Shown here piece by piece: positions 37,270 through 51,400 of a stretch of DNA of 64,000 nt. The DNA lies in assembly GCA_024704765.1 (NCBI GenBank), contig JAKMXF010000077.1, forward strand, positions 152,850-216,849, in the 5' to 3' direction. The DNA is from Oopsacas minuta (taxonomy: Eukaryota > Animalia > Porifera). The translations under genes and the position numbers were made by a program. The notes beneath the pieces were generated by a model. It searched no databases and was not told where the DNA came from. It saw only the letters and a list, made by a program, of their open reading frames with translations. Numbering within the stretch: the first letter of the stretch is position 1; each line of letters begins with the position of its first letter.

Positions 37270-39952
37270 TATATAGCTTCTCAAATTTATGAAAAGTCAT
37301 CGTTTTTCTGCTAAATAGCTATTTTGGAAGATTTTGTGAATATTTCGAGGAAAAGTGTCACAACAATAGGACAACGGTGGACAATGTGTAGGAGCCTTAA
37401 GTATATAATGGATGCCCAAAATTTAGGAATGAGTTCTAAGAATTATAGATATCATAAGAATGTGCAGCTAATTGAAATAACAGTTAATCAAGTCTTCATT
37501 CCCAGTATTTCCTTTTCAATTCGAACGTATTTAAATGGTGAATTCCATGTTCAAATTATCCAGTAATTTCACCAACCTCAACCGATTTGTCTAAAAGTCG
37601 GTTTCGGGTAAGTGATCAAAAAGTAAAAACATCATTAAAACTTCTGTATAAATCGGTAAATATCTTTCGAGTTATGGCGTCACAAATATTTGATTTTCAA
37701 TTTTGAATATGCCATTTAAACTTCTATCTTGATTAGAGATATACTCATATAATATATTTATCAGTTAGTAATAAATTGACCCGAATTGCCACCTCGGAAC
37801 GTAGAGGTAGGGAGATGAATAACACAGAGGGGTGCGTGCTTTAGTCTCGCAACACTTATCCACCATTCTTATAGGAATAATATTGTTGCTATGGGACCTT
37901 TGTTATTAATTTTCTTATCTCTTGGAGGTGGGAGGATTTCTGAGCTTTGAAAGCTCAAAGATTAACAATATTATAACCTTATCATGTGTGTGTATCAGGG
38001 TAACCGTGTGAGCTCCATTGAACAATATTCAAAACAATTGGGAGCGAGGTTAAGATAATAAGAATACGTGCTGCTTTAATGGGGATTAAATTATCGTCAG
38101 TCAGTCTTGTTAAGTTATAAACAATTGTAAAGTCAACTTTTGTAACACTTAATGTTCCTATGTAATGAGATATTCAAATCATCTTAATAGTCAACATACC
38201 TATGCATACAAAACTTGTACAAATGTGTTGAGTTGTTGATTCCTTGCACACACCAACAGTAGAAAAATAGGTTGAGGTTGCAGAAATGACGGGATGCATT
38301 GATAGGGAATCATTTCATTTTCATCCAAGGAATATTATGCAAAAACCATAATGTATTTAATCTCAATAATTAGAGCAAGATATCAAGTTAAACATAAATA
38401 AATCCAGTAAACTAAGACAAGAAAATACATTTGGTTGACTTATTAGTACCGTTTCTACTATTTTATTCATATATACTAGTGTTTTGAGGGTACAAAATGA
38501 AATCAAAATGAAGTAGGTACTCATGAGAGATTTAAATTTCATAATCAATAATATAAAATATTATCTCAAATACAATGAAACTCTTCATGTTTGAATGTAG
38601 AGTAGTTGCGATGGAGATTTTCAACTGTAATAGAAAAATTCATTTCTTCGAAAACTATCAATAAAAATTATCAGCTTTAGACCGATTAACGGCTTCTATT
38701 GAACTGTATACTATCAATTTAATCTTCGTTCTCTCTTGCATGGGGAATACAGTGAATTTTAATTGGTATCTGCATAAAGGCCACCAAAATAAAGTTCTGC
38801 GGAGTAATTTCAGTAGGAGCAGACCAATATGGCTGCACATAGCGACTACGTTTACATAATGGCCTGTTATAGCCAGGGCACTATATGGTCTTTATAGATT
38901 TTTACAGTAAATGTCATAAAACCATGTCAAAATTCGTCAGACACTAACAGGGCAAAGTATCATGCCTATATATATTGATATGTTCTGTCAAAAAAGCAAA
39001 TATTCGCACATACAGGTACTAGTATACAAAATTATTCATTTGATAGTGTTGTAACATTATTCAGACTAAATCTATGGAAATATCAAATTGTATAATTTCA
39101 GCCGAAATTGGTCATTAATCAGGTAATGAGTTAATCAACTACACAATGATATATTGCAACAAATAAAATAAAATATAACATTGTAGATCGGATATTTTAA
39201 TTCTACAGGTTTGTATTACCACTACATATTTTGAATGGTTCAAGCAGATCTTGAATAGAACTTGTAGAAATAAATGGTGTGTATGCCAAATAGGCTCTAA
39301 ATCCAACATTACAAAGAATGATATGCAAGTTCATTCACCAGATTTGGAACGAACTCAAATGATTTTGATGGAATAATTGATTGTGGTTTTGGTATCATAG
39401 TGGTATGCTAGTGCTGCTACATGTGGTATAATAAATATACACTGGAACACCGTTAATACTAACACAAACGTTCGGTCAATACTGAAAAAATCGCTCCATC
39501 CGAAAGTTCGTATTAACCTGAGCAATAATATTTGAACATCAATAGTAGGGACAAAATTTCTTGAAATACTTGTTCATCTCATTCGGAAATCGATTATCTA
39601 GGACCGTGTTAATGAAGTTCAACTGTACTTTAAATAACTCAACAAGATTTGATCCAAACAATTAAAATACATTGATACTAGGGTAACGGAGGCAAGGAAA
39701 TTAAATGTAATCGGAATTGTTTCATCTGGTTCGATTATGGATCAATAAGGAAATACTTAATGAATTCGCACATTATATATTAATTGAGCTATGTGGGCGT
39801 AGAAAATAAACAAATGGCAGTTTTAAGTAGATACCATGTGAAAATACTATATACAGGGATTAAATAACTGTTTCAGGTATAATATAGTATACATGTGAAC
39901 AGAATTGACAAATAGGCAGGTAGAAATCCGTAAATGAAGTTGTATTGAAGTA

Positions 39953-42582
39953 CAACGGGAGTTCAAAAAGTTCATGACCCTGGTCATAGAATTTGAAGAT
40001 ATAGGATATTATACTACGTATCTGTATTCATAACGAACCTTATTCTACTATCTATTCAGAACTATTCAAACTTTCACCATATCGTCAATAATATTCTGGT
40101 TGCGATTATTTCAATTATCCGGTTTGACTATCCTTGAATTTTCCAGCATTAATAGCTTCAAATTTGAAATTTAAGCAAAGATTCTACATCAAAATTCGCA
40201 CGGTTCTTGATATTGACCTGAAGGATAATCTCATTGAATTGGAAGTCATTTATGAAGATGCTAGTTTATCATTTACTATTGTGAAGGAGTGGGCCAAGCG
40301 GTTTCATGGAGGACGAGAGCCACTGGAAGATGACAAACGAATGGGGCGTCCCAGATCCGTCACCACTAGCAGCAACACCTCTGAAATACGCTGGAGAATG
40401 GAAAAAGATCCTCAAATCACTGTTGAAGAGTTAGCTATGAGTGCAAGAATCTCAACGGGAGTAGCTCAGTCCATACATAAAACTGAGCTGTAAGTTACAA
40501 AGGTTTGTGCGAGGTGGATCCCACATTACCTTACAAAGGACCAAAAGGACCGTTGGGTAACTTGTGCAAGAAAAATGCACTCCGAGTATAAAGACTCGGG
40601 TCCAAAAATGCTGGCAGAAATCGTTACTGGTGACGAGACATGGATAAGATACGACGAGCCACTGTCCAAAGAAAGAAATTAGATATGAGTAAAAGGTGAG
40701 CGGCCTCAAGCCAATCTTAGGCCGAAATTCAGAGACTAGGAGGCCATGTACTTAATTTTCTTTAATTCACATGGTCCAGTTGCTCAAATAATAGTACCAA
40801 AAGGAAAGACAATTCCCGGAGATTTAATCAGAATATTCAATAAGTCTTGCGTGTCATGATATCTTAGGAATTAGTCAAGTAATATATCTAACTTTCATAT
40901 ATTATAAGCCCATATAGTTAAACTCCATATGCTGAAAGTTTCAAGCTTATCAATACAAATTATGAATTTTGAGATAGTTACGTGTAGTCAATTTATACCC
41001 ACTGTTGAATTTATGGCTTCAAAGGATGATAATTTCAACCTCAAATGGCGAGCTCACATAGAGTTTTGTACAATACTCAAGAGCCAGCCCATAGAGATCT
41101 TCAGCGAGTTACAGAAGATATTGTGCGTGTATTGCCCTTCCAGATCTACTGTAAAGCGTGCTGATGCTGATGTCACAGATTGGCCTCGATCTGGAAGACC
41201 GGTATCCGCCACCACTTCAGAGAATATCGCACCCATTGTAAGTATGGTCATGGAAGACAAGTGCATTACTGTCAATCATTTAGAACAAAGTATGGAGATT
41301 TCATCAGGAGCTATTCATACAATTCTGACGACTGATCTTGGCTACCGATCGATTTGTGGGAAATGTGTCCCACATAAGCTCAGTAAGAATCAAAGGTTGG
41401 CACGACTGAATATTGCCAAGAAACTCTTGGAAACTTATGAGAACTGCTATTCTAAACGCCTATCAGAGATTATTACTGGTGACGAGACGTGGGTCTACTA
41501 TTCAACACCATATAGCAAGTATAAGAAGCAATCATGGGTGAGGGGCGACGAACAACCGACGAAAATTCCTAGGCCTGACCCCTGAAAACCTAAGATTATG
41601 TACCATCGTCTTCAGTAGTCATGGAATTGTCTTGCAATTACCTTGTGAGAGTGGCAAGGCTGTTACTGCTACTTTCATTACAGAGGTGCTTCCAAATTTG
41701 ATAAAAAATATAGAAAAGTACCGCCCGAAAACCGGAACTCGAGGAATGAAGATTCTAATTGATAACACAAGTCCCATACAGCTAAGCTTACCAAAAATTT
41801 CTTGGATGTAGAAGGGTTAGAAGTACTTCCCCATCTACCATACTCACCAAACCTAGCTCCGTGTGATTGTTGGCTATTCCCCAAGCTTAAAATCTACCTT
41901 CAAGGCAATGATTTTAACACATTACAAGCACTCGGAACGGACCTGTACCAGTACTTCATATCCATCCCCGAAGAAGAGACAGAAATGTGTTTTACAAGTT
42001 GGCGGAAAGGTTAAAACTTTGTGTATCTGCAGGAGGGGATTACTTTGAATAAATAATATAGTGAATTAGTGTGTATAGTATTTGTATCATATTCTATGAT
42101 ATCACCCGCAAGACTTATTGAACGCCCCAGTATACCAACAGTTGTCTCTCAGATGTAGAAAAACATTATTGGTAGCGGAGGCCAAAGTATGGACCGCGAG
42201 GCATGCAATTATTGCACCCTAATGTACGGCCACATAAAACTGAACTCGTAAAGTCAGAGTTGGATAGAATGAGAGTTGTCGAGCTAGATCACTCACCATA
42301 CTCACCTGATCCCGCTTCTTGTGATTTCTGGCTCTTTACAAGTTTGAAAAAGGACCTTCCAGGCAAACATTTTGAAACCAGAATCCACCTAGGGAACGCA
42401 ATTTGGAGTTCCCTAAGGAAATACCGCCGAAGACTATAAAAATGTATTTTTAAATAACAAGATCTTCTAACAGTCATAGGCGTTAATGGTGATTATTTCG
42501 AGAAAATATATCAATTGCACATGTATATTCTGTATAGTTCAAAAATATGGGGTAGGATCGGGAACTTTTTGAACGTCCTTTG
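39953..42582 (+). mobile_element. Mariner element (outer), interrupted by a second mariner
   Basis: Imperfect TIRs around GTTCAAAAAGTTC with TA flanks. Transposase pieces at 40134-40826 (EWAKRF, IVTGDETW) resume at 42133 (TNSCLSDVEKHY..HSPYSPDPASCDFWLF). Confidence 0.85.
40827..42130 (+). mobile_element. Mariner element (inner), decayed
   Basis: TIR core TTCAATAAGTCTTGCG at 40836 and in reverse complement ending 42130, then TA. ORFs 40929-41585 (IITGDETWVYY) and 41802-42014 (HLPYSPNLAPCDCWLFP). Confidence 0.88.
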
Positions 42583-43485
42583 TAAAATTTGATCTGCTAG
42601 TGATTTTAGTGACATTTTAAATTAAAGCTCTTACAATATAAACACACATCCCTTCGTAATGATCAGATTCGATCATATTTAGGTCATTTTCATCAATATA
42701 TCCCACAACGAAGAGAAAAAATTCATAAATAATTATTTAACTAAAGAGAAACATAATTATGCATTAGAAACCAATTCAGTTTCAAATCATACAGGCGACT
42801 AACAAACATCAACCGTTGTGAGTAATAGTTAGTGAGTCAGATACGCAATAAAAACACACAATACTGGTCAATTGTAAATTGTTTCATCAAGTGATCATGG
42901 AATTAGGACAAGAAAAAAAGATAAATCTTTTTGAAATATTGGAGTTCAAGCCATTTGTATAATATATTGGTCAACGACCATAAATAATATATATACTCAC
43001 TATCAACTAAATTTTCCTATGAACTCCCGAAATTTTTGATCTAAATGGGTGCCATTCTACGGAAGGGGAATGTAAAACAATACCCTCAACTGCGTTATAC
43101 TCATTTATTTGGGAGACGGATACTTTTTGAATTAATACGTGCATGGCAACATTTTGTATACAAATATTGGCTACCTTTACTCTAAAGTTTTGTTGCAAAC
43201 AGAAATATGTATAATATGTAATTAAGTCTTGTGATGCTCATGATAATCGAAAATAATCGTTGTCTCAGTATACAACCTTCCGAGAGTTGCGAAAACTGAG
43301 GTTTGGATGATAATGTATGATCAAATAACTTATATATAGCTCAGCTACCACAGTACAGTTTTGTGTATTAGCTTTTCGATATTCGAGAAAAGGTCATGTT
43401 TTCGGATGAATGGAAGTCAACATTTCGAATGAGGGTATGTGGTTTTGTACTACAAAAACTGTCTATACTATGGCTGAGTTATATA

Positions 43486-44868
43486 CAGTCTGTCAACTTG
43501 AAATTGGGAAGATCTTAGTTTTTCCCTAGCTACAAGTACATTTAATGTATTTCTATTCTAAATACGTTATTAGAATCCTTAAACAATCAATAATATAGTA
43601 GGCCTAATAATTTAACTTATTTCCGTTACTTTTCCGTACTAATTTGACTCTTTTTGGCATCGATGACCAAAATGGACGTAAAAATTCATGTTCTAAAGAA
43701 TTCCATACTTCATTTAGCTCCCATTTCAGATCATTAAAATTTCGTGGTGACTTCAAATCAATTTCTCCCTTGATCCACGACCAGAGGTTCTCGATCGGAT
43801 TCAAATCCGGACTACAAGCAGGCCAATCCATCCTATGTATCTCTTTCTCCTCCAAGTATCCTTTAGCAAGGTTGCACGTGTGTTTGGGATCACTATCTTC
43901 CTGGAAAACCCATCCATCAGGGTACAAGACACTTGCTTGTTCTACTGAACATTCGTGCAGAATGTCGCAGTAAAGTCGCCCGGTGAGATTTTCTCTGGAA
44001 ACCTTGATAGGAAACATTCCACGTGCTGAAAACGCTCCCCAAACATGCAATTTAGGAGAGTGTTTCGTACTTGGCTTTACGGGTTTCGAATCACCTTTAC
44101 ACCAGACACATACTCTGCCACTAGCTAGCGAAATGGACATCTCATCGCTAAATATCGCTTTCTCCCAATCTCTACATCTGCTAGACTTAGCCGAATCGAC
44201 ACGATAAGCCTTATGGGTTTGTGTAAGCATCGGAATCTTCTAGCAACCTTGCGAGTGAAACCACGACGCTTCATCTCAATCCTTACAGCCTCGTGTGAGG
44301 ACGATAGACCCCGCCTTTTGTTAAATTTGCAAGTCAACTTCCTCACAGATAATCTAGGATTGTTGATTGCCAAACTAACAAGTGATCTAGCGTTATTTGC
44401 TTTAATCTGACGCTGTTTCCCGGAACCAATCTTTGTATCAACGGATTCAGCATTCCTCAATTTGTAAACAGTGCGATAAACTGTACTTTTTGGAACCCCA
44501 GTTCTTCGAGATAATTCCATACAATTCGTGATTCATGTGTCGAAAAGTATCTTGATATTGTTACGCTGTTCTTGCTCGTTCATTTTAAGGTTTTGAATTG
44601 ATGAAAGTAAAGAATTATTAGCGAAGAAATAGAAGTGTTGCGAGAAATTCAAGTGATTAAATTTATATAGAATATTTGATTAGTAACTAAGTATAAATTG
44701 AAATATTTTGTAACCGCAGTCAGCTAGAGAAGTTCAGTTGGTTAAGAAATGACTAGAAATAGTTGAAAAACACAAAATATCAATATTAGTACGATAACCA
44801 ATTTGAAAATGCAATTAGGAACATTCTAACATCGAAAATGATTTTCCCCATTTCAAGTTGACAGACTG
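43486..44868 (-). mobile_element. Tc1 DD34E element
   Basis: 29-bp TIRs CAGTCTGTCAACTTGAAATTGGGAAGATC (2 mismatches), TA flanks. Transposase 44583-43604 with an early stop and one frameshift: IFSDE, QEDSDPKH...WPACSPDLNPIENLW. Confidence 0.93.
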
Positions 44869-47800
44869 TATAAGGAATCTCATATATGATATAGAAAATA
44901 AGATGTGAGCGAATCGATCAAAATGATTTTTGCTTTATGAGAAAATATTCCGCTGTTTTCAAACTCATAGAATTCCAGAGGTTATATGATCTGAATATTG
45001 GGGAGCGAATATCTCCTCCTATCCCACCAATGGTTTTGCCTAGTCAATCTTGCGATGTTTGTCAGCAGCCATAATTTTGGCTATATACAGGAATTATATC
45101 CTTCTCTATATTATCCTAGATGTAGTTTCGAATCCTAGTGAAAGTAGAGATAGTGAAGTAAAGAGATTATGTTCGTGACATTAAAAAGCACTGAGAACTA
45201 AATAAATAAATAACTAAGATGGGTTTGTGATGCTCGATTGAAACTAACTAATGATGCTCACATATTTTAAAACAATTCGTTTGAATAAGTTTTCATCAAA
45301 ATAGTAGCAAAAGTTTGTACTTAAGTGAAAACTAAGTTAAGTTCCAACTTAACTCTCAGTAAACAGGGTGGTAGATGATGGTCGTTGTAGTGGTAATAGT
45401 TATTGAATATTAAGATTTAAGAAAAACTAAATAATGAAGTTGAGAGTATTTGTGGTTAATCTTCAGAGAAGATTCAATCCCACATATTACAGTTGGCAAT
45501 AAAGTAGAGATAGGTCATTTCGTAGATGTAAATACAGTAGAGTCTTGTTAATAGTACAATAGCGGACTGTCAAAATTCGTACTTTTTGTCTGCAGTACGT
45601 ATATCCAAACAGATATAAATTGAAAGAATCGAAGGGGACTGATAAAATGTACAAATTTGTACACCTTATCCAGAGAAACGTGTTAACAGGGTTCGTATTA
45701 ACGAGATTCCTTTGTCTCAAAAAAATTTAGTTAATTGAATTCCAAATATTCTAAACATAGTGAAGTCACATTATGTAAAGTATTTAAGGTATAAGGACAT
45801 AAGAAATTTCAAATTTCTTGTCTAAAATATTACTATATATTTCCAAAAGCACAATTCTGAAAAAATTGAGTTTCTTGAGATTGAAAGATACTCTTTGAAA
45901 GTCCACTTATTCTTCAAATAAACATATATTCGATGAAAGCATCAGCTAAAAACATATTTCTCTCTCCAAATCTTAACCCCTTAACTGCCATAAACAAACA
46001 TCTATGCCTATCCAATAGGCAATTTCCTGCCATATTTTGCGTCCAGTAGTGACTTCAAATCCCTCTAACTCTTACTGCACGCTTTCTCAACTTATTGTAC
46101 ATCTCAACATTGACCTGGCAAACACTGTGATAATTACACAGCAGTTTCAAAATGACTTATCTTTTTTGAAGATTTAGCTTGATCCAATCCAAGTTTTCCG
46201 AATTTTTGTCATTAGATATTGTTCCCCTCACAGAACGATTACCTTAGTCATGATGACTAGTTATATACACCCTCACAGTCCAAGAGAATTAGAGAGATGC
46301 GATTCTACTTCTTCAATGAATGTATGTACTTGCCATAATATAAGTATTGGGATTTCATCTAAGTAAGTCGTGGATGACTGACCTATAGCCGAGCCCGAAT
46401 GGGCTATCGTCAGTCACTTCAATAAATTTTTTGTAATTTTACCTTAGAAACATAGAGAGCCTCTTTCTGTGCAAAAATTTACTTGTTAATATCATACTAG
46501 TAGCTATGTACAAGAGCTTGAATTAAAGCTATCCATGATCGTGCGACGGCACCATCTATTGATCTACTTTGATATTTAAATACAATGTTGAAGGTTTATA
46601 AAGTATATATATCAATGAATGTAATACTGTATATTCCTGAGTAAGCGCATATTTGCGTCCAGGTATATAGCAATTCTCCAAATTTCTGATGACATGAGGA
46701 ACAAATCACTCTCATTTGTAGCATGTAGCATAGTTAATGTGGAGCAGATTTTAAATATAATATTCTCGCAGATCGTGGTGATAAAATTTCATCCGCAGGT
46801 TTTGGAGCCAATATCAGCGCTTATTCCGAAAATGCGATACATTAAAATAGGAAAATGGGTAAATAAACTAATAAATTGGAAAATATTCGAAAATCAGGGC
46901 ATAGTTTTGTATTTGCGTATGTTTTGTTATTCTCCTAGTTAAAACAATTTGAGCATAAAATTGACATCGTTCGGACAAAATCAATAAATACTTTTCCCAT
47001 AATAATATCGTCAAAATATATGCATGATTCGCATAGCGTAGATTTGTAGGTTCATGACTCACTAGCGCGAATCAAGTTAATTAATAGTGGAAATTTCAAT
47101 CTAGCAGAATCCTGGTCCATCAAAACAAAATATAATGACCATAACACTGGAACTAGCATATGGCTTTAGATAGTAATCTATGAACTAATTTCCTAGGTAT
47201 TATAAAAAACTTTCGAGATTCAGTAAACAAAGTTCATTTTTGCACGAACAAGGAAAAAATAATCAAATGATAAGTTAGCACTTGGCCAAAGTCATGAAGT
47301 CTGTGATTCAATCTTCAAAATTCTATCATGATTATTTGCTGAGCAGTGGCTAATGATGCGATTTTTCGAAAATCCTAAAAAGGGGACAATTAAGCTATAG
47401 TTTCGTCATAGGTGTGAATTTTCCTCAAAGTCTTGAGCTTCTTAGATAAAGGTCCAGAATACCCCTATATACCGAAAATTAGCCTTGGAGTATTCTAGTT
47501 CGTTCAATAAATTTGGAACATTCAAAAATATACATTTGAACTGTGTATAACCAAAAACTAAAGTGATTAACAAAATAGTTCATAATTGCTGAGGATTTTT
47601 GAAATCAAGCCACTTTGAAAGTACAATAGATACTAGTTGGCTCATTTCCGATTGAAATGAAATTCTCCAAAAAGATACATTAAAGCATGTAGAAAATGCC
47701 AATGCCCACAAAAGTAATTATATTCTATATTGTGGCACATAATTGGACCTGAAAGTAAGGTGTCAAGTGAACCCGGAACTATGACAAACCGTGGGTGGAG

Positions 47801-48378
47801 AGTTTGGGACCATAGTTTTTACAGTGATTATACTCTGGACTCGTGTTGTTATACCATATAGAGAATATGATTTGGTTCGCATGCAACCCTTCAAGTTCAA
47901 TTTTTAGGTAGCTCTTCTCTACATTTGTAAAGAATCCAAATTTTCCAAATGTTGGACATCCCTTACCTGTGTTCAGATTATTTATTGCAGATAAAGGTAA
48001 ATTTATTCTTCTATTCAAGATTACTATGACGCAATGCAGCCTAAACCATAGCCTATTCTCCTTAAGGCATAACAGTACAATGTGGATTTTGGCCAGAGAT
48101 GGGTTACACGATGGTAAGGGACTCCATTGAAATATCATAAGTGCTTATGTTTGACATATACAGGCCTAGGATACACAAAATTAACAATAATCTTGAGAAA
48201 TCTTTACCATACATTTTTGAGAGAATAAAGTCAAGACCACACACAGAGTGCCAAATGGAGACGGAACTTACCTAAAAATACCCCGCATCCGTCTAAAACT
48301 GAAGGATTGAACTGTACCGACTATACTACCAGGATTTCCTTCTTACCTTTCTACTCACTCCTTCACCAAATACAGCCA

Positions 48379-48405
48379 TCTCTCTCTCTCTCTCTCTTTC
48401 TCTCT
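48379..48405 (+). repeat. (TC)n microsatellite
   Basis: About nine TC units followed by a degenerate tail. Confidence 0.8.
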
Positions 48406-51400
48406 TTGTAGAGGACAAGGATGATGAACTCCTCAATAAAGTTGCTTAACTCAGCATAGAGTCAGGAGTAGAAGACAAGAAGTTTACGATTCAGTTTCCA
48501 AGTTTTACAGACTAAGTTACCTTTTCTTTCAATTGATACTATACGGTCTATATGGTATCCGAACGAATATTCATTAGTTTTTACACATCCCGGTATAGAT
48601 AATTGTAAGATTGCAATGAATACGTACATATCAGTTAAATTTGACTTGTCAATTAACTTGTATCGTAATGTGAACGTTTCCCAATTCCTTAAGTAACTCT
48701 AGGTGATATTCAACAACTTTAATCGGTTCTTAGTGATATTTCTGGTTTATAACGCGTGCCCCACCTCGGAGCTTAGTACCAATAGTACTGGAATCGTATC
48801 TCATATTCCATCTGCTGAAAGCCATATCAAACAGGTAATTGGACTTGCACCCTCCGTCCTCTTCCATGTGAGTCTGTATCTGCTGAGTAGTTATTCAACA
48901 CCATAAAATATCTCATATTCGTGATGTAGAACATTGTGACTTATTCGTCGAAATGATCTCCATCGACAACAATCCCTTTAATGTGAAACATTTCAAATTG
49001 TTCTCCCATAATCACAAACTGCAGACCTCTAGTACTTCATCCTTGTGATATATACAAAAATCTTTCTCTTATATTTGCCTTTTTGTATACATTCTGAAAA
49101 CTACTTTTCCCATCCTGATTTGAATTGTAGTTCTATCAACCAATACACATATCATCAAAAACATGTTATCGTTCATTTTGTGACATCCGTATGCTATATA
49201 ATTCTGAGAGGGAGAGTTAGCAAAAATTGCTCCAAATTTGACTTCTAATCATGATATCCTTCCAATCAGGAACGTTAAAATGTTAAGTTAGTCCTGAAGG
49301 TTTTTCGTTAATCCAGAATGAAAAACGTCCTCCTGCTCTTAAGTCCAACACTTCTGATTTCGTTGGGATACTCCAATCTGCCTGGAATATTTTCTACGTT
49401 ATAACTCCATTCATACATACTCACTTGGATGACCGATTGTCTAAACCAGCAACATTCAATAATGGCCGCTAAATCCTCCTGACTTGAATTGTCTACTGGC
49501 TTGAGGCTTGGAAGTCACTCCCCGAGAAAGGTGGCAAACTAAGCAAGCAAACATTCATCAGCTTCAAACATGCTTGTCTCGTGTTACCACCGTTAACAAA
49601 TTTTCTAGCAGAGAACTGTGGTGTTTAATACCTATTAAAATCTTTGCTACAGAGATCCATTGGAAAACAATTGGGGGCTACATCGTATGTCAGGAACAAA
49701 ATATCATGTATCATACCTTCCTATATTATAATCAGCGCGCCGCATCAATGCATCCATATTTGCCTATTTTCCAGTCAGACTGTGTCTAGTACCTGATTTC
49801 AAGAGTTCTTCAATATTTCTCGGCATTAGATTATCCAGATTCTATCAATGAAGTCACTTATATCCTTTCTTGAGCTCTATTCTGATCTGTCATCGAGTGC
49901 AGTTTCGAATTCCTTGGGTCCTTAGCGTTTATTGATGGCTATTCAGAGCATCAGTACATAAAAAGTAATCAACCATGTCGTATTTGGCGAGACTCCTAAT
50001 AGTTGAAAGAGATATATCATCAATGAACCGATATCCATATATCAGTTGAAACTCATAGAGTTATCCGATAGTGGAAGTCTGAAATTTCCGCATGAATTAA
50101 ACCTAAAATCTATTGTTTCTTCTCGAAAATCGTTTGTTGCACTGAAAATGACAGCGAATGAATGAAGATATTTATTAGGGCCATTCTAGGAAAGTCATTG
50201 TTGATTTATCCATGAATACTGTCATAGATACCAATCATTGTCAATTATGTTGAGAACAATGTTCATCTTGTGTATAAGTGGGATATTTATCCTTCAGAAG
50301 CTATAATTCCTTGCTGGGAATTGTCTTTTAGCAAATAAAGTTAAAGATTACAATTCAATGGTGATTTCTAAAATCGAATGTATTAATATTGATCTTTACC
50401 TGTAGTATTCTAGTTTCTCACTTTATAGCTATCTTTTTATGAAATTAATCAGAACTTCAATACCTGTATTAAAATATGTTTGCATAATATAGGGTAACCA
50501 CGATAAAAGTTAACTATCAGTGAATAATCGAAATAATTTCTCTAGAATGCTAAAAGTCACTAAGGCACTATACTTATGCTCAAACAGCTTAAGCCTGCAA
50601 TTATTCATCAATATCTGGTACTCCATCGCAGGTCGAAAATCCAAATGTTACTGTTAGGCCTTATGTAGAGTGAGCTATTCCGAAAGCTATTGATTGTACA
50701 ATTCAAGATTAGGTTAAAAAGAGTGAATATTGTACAAAAAACCGCAAATCACAGTCAGTGTCGACGTAAATTGACAAAATATTTTAGTGGATTATTGAAA
50801 TTAAGCTATCCTCCTAAAGATACATTCAAAAATGAAAGCTAAAATTGATTGTAGATAAACTTGTCAAACATATAAAATATGAAAATCGATTTCTACCTCT
50901 GTGTGTACCCATATTTAACAAGTGGAAGCTAATCTCGAGGATAACTTTGAAATGTTTACTAAAAGATGTGAAAATATGATTAAACATATAAAAGATCTGT
51001 GTGTATATATTTAATGGAATGTCTTGACACATAGATTTGTTGATTCAAAGTGACAATTATGATAACAGCAGAATTAATAGAATTGTAAATATTCACGAAT
51101 ATATTACGTCATTTCGTAATCGCTGGAACCAAATTTAGATAGAGTGTCATTGCAAAAGAGTAGATCCATACACAAAAGAGGGGAACCAATTGTATAATCT
51201 GGAAATCTGGGTGATTGAGTGCGAAAAACCATAAATCATTCCAAATTCATCAAAAGTAGAGGGATGACTACTTGTCTTCCCCGTTATTTTCTCCCATGGT
51301 CATAGCTGCATTGAATAGAATGCTATGGGTATAAATAAATCCGGAATTACTAAATCATATAATATTATTATACTAAAGTGGAATAATATACGTAAATAAT

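Noticed and set aside
45973-45990. TTAA|CCCCTTAACTGCC piggyBac-like end
   Set aside because: I found no matching right end or transposase.
48260-48420. Possible minus-strand exons with GTAAG donors
   Set aside because: The joins I tried give immediate stops; no supportable gene model.
49990-50050. RFIDD as a reverse-transcriptase motif
   Set aside because: No other RT motifs upstream or downstream.
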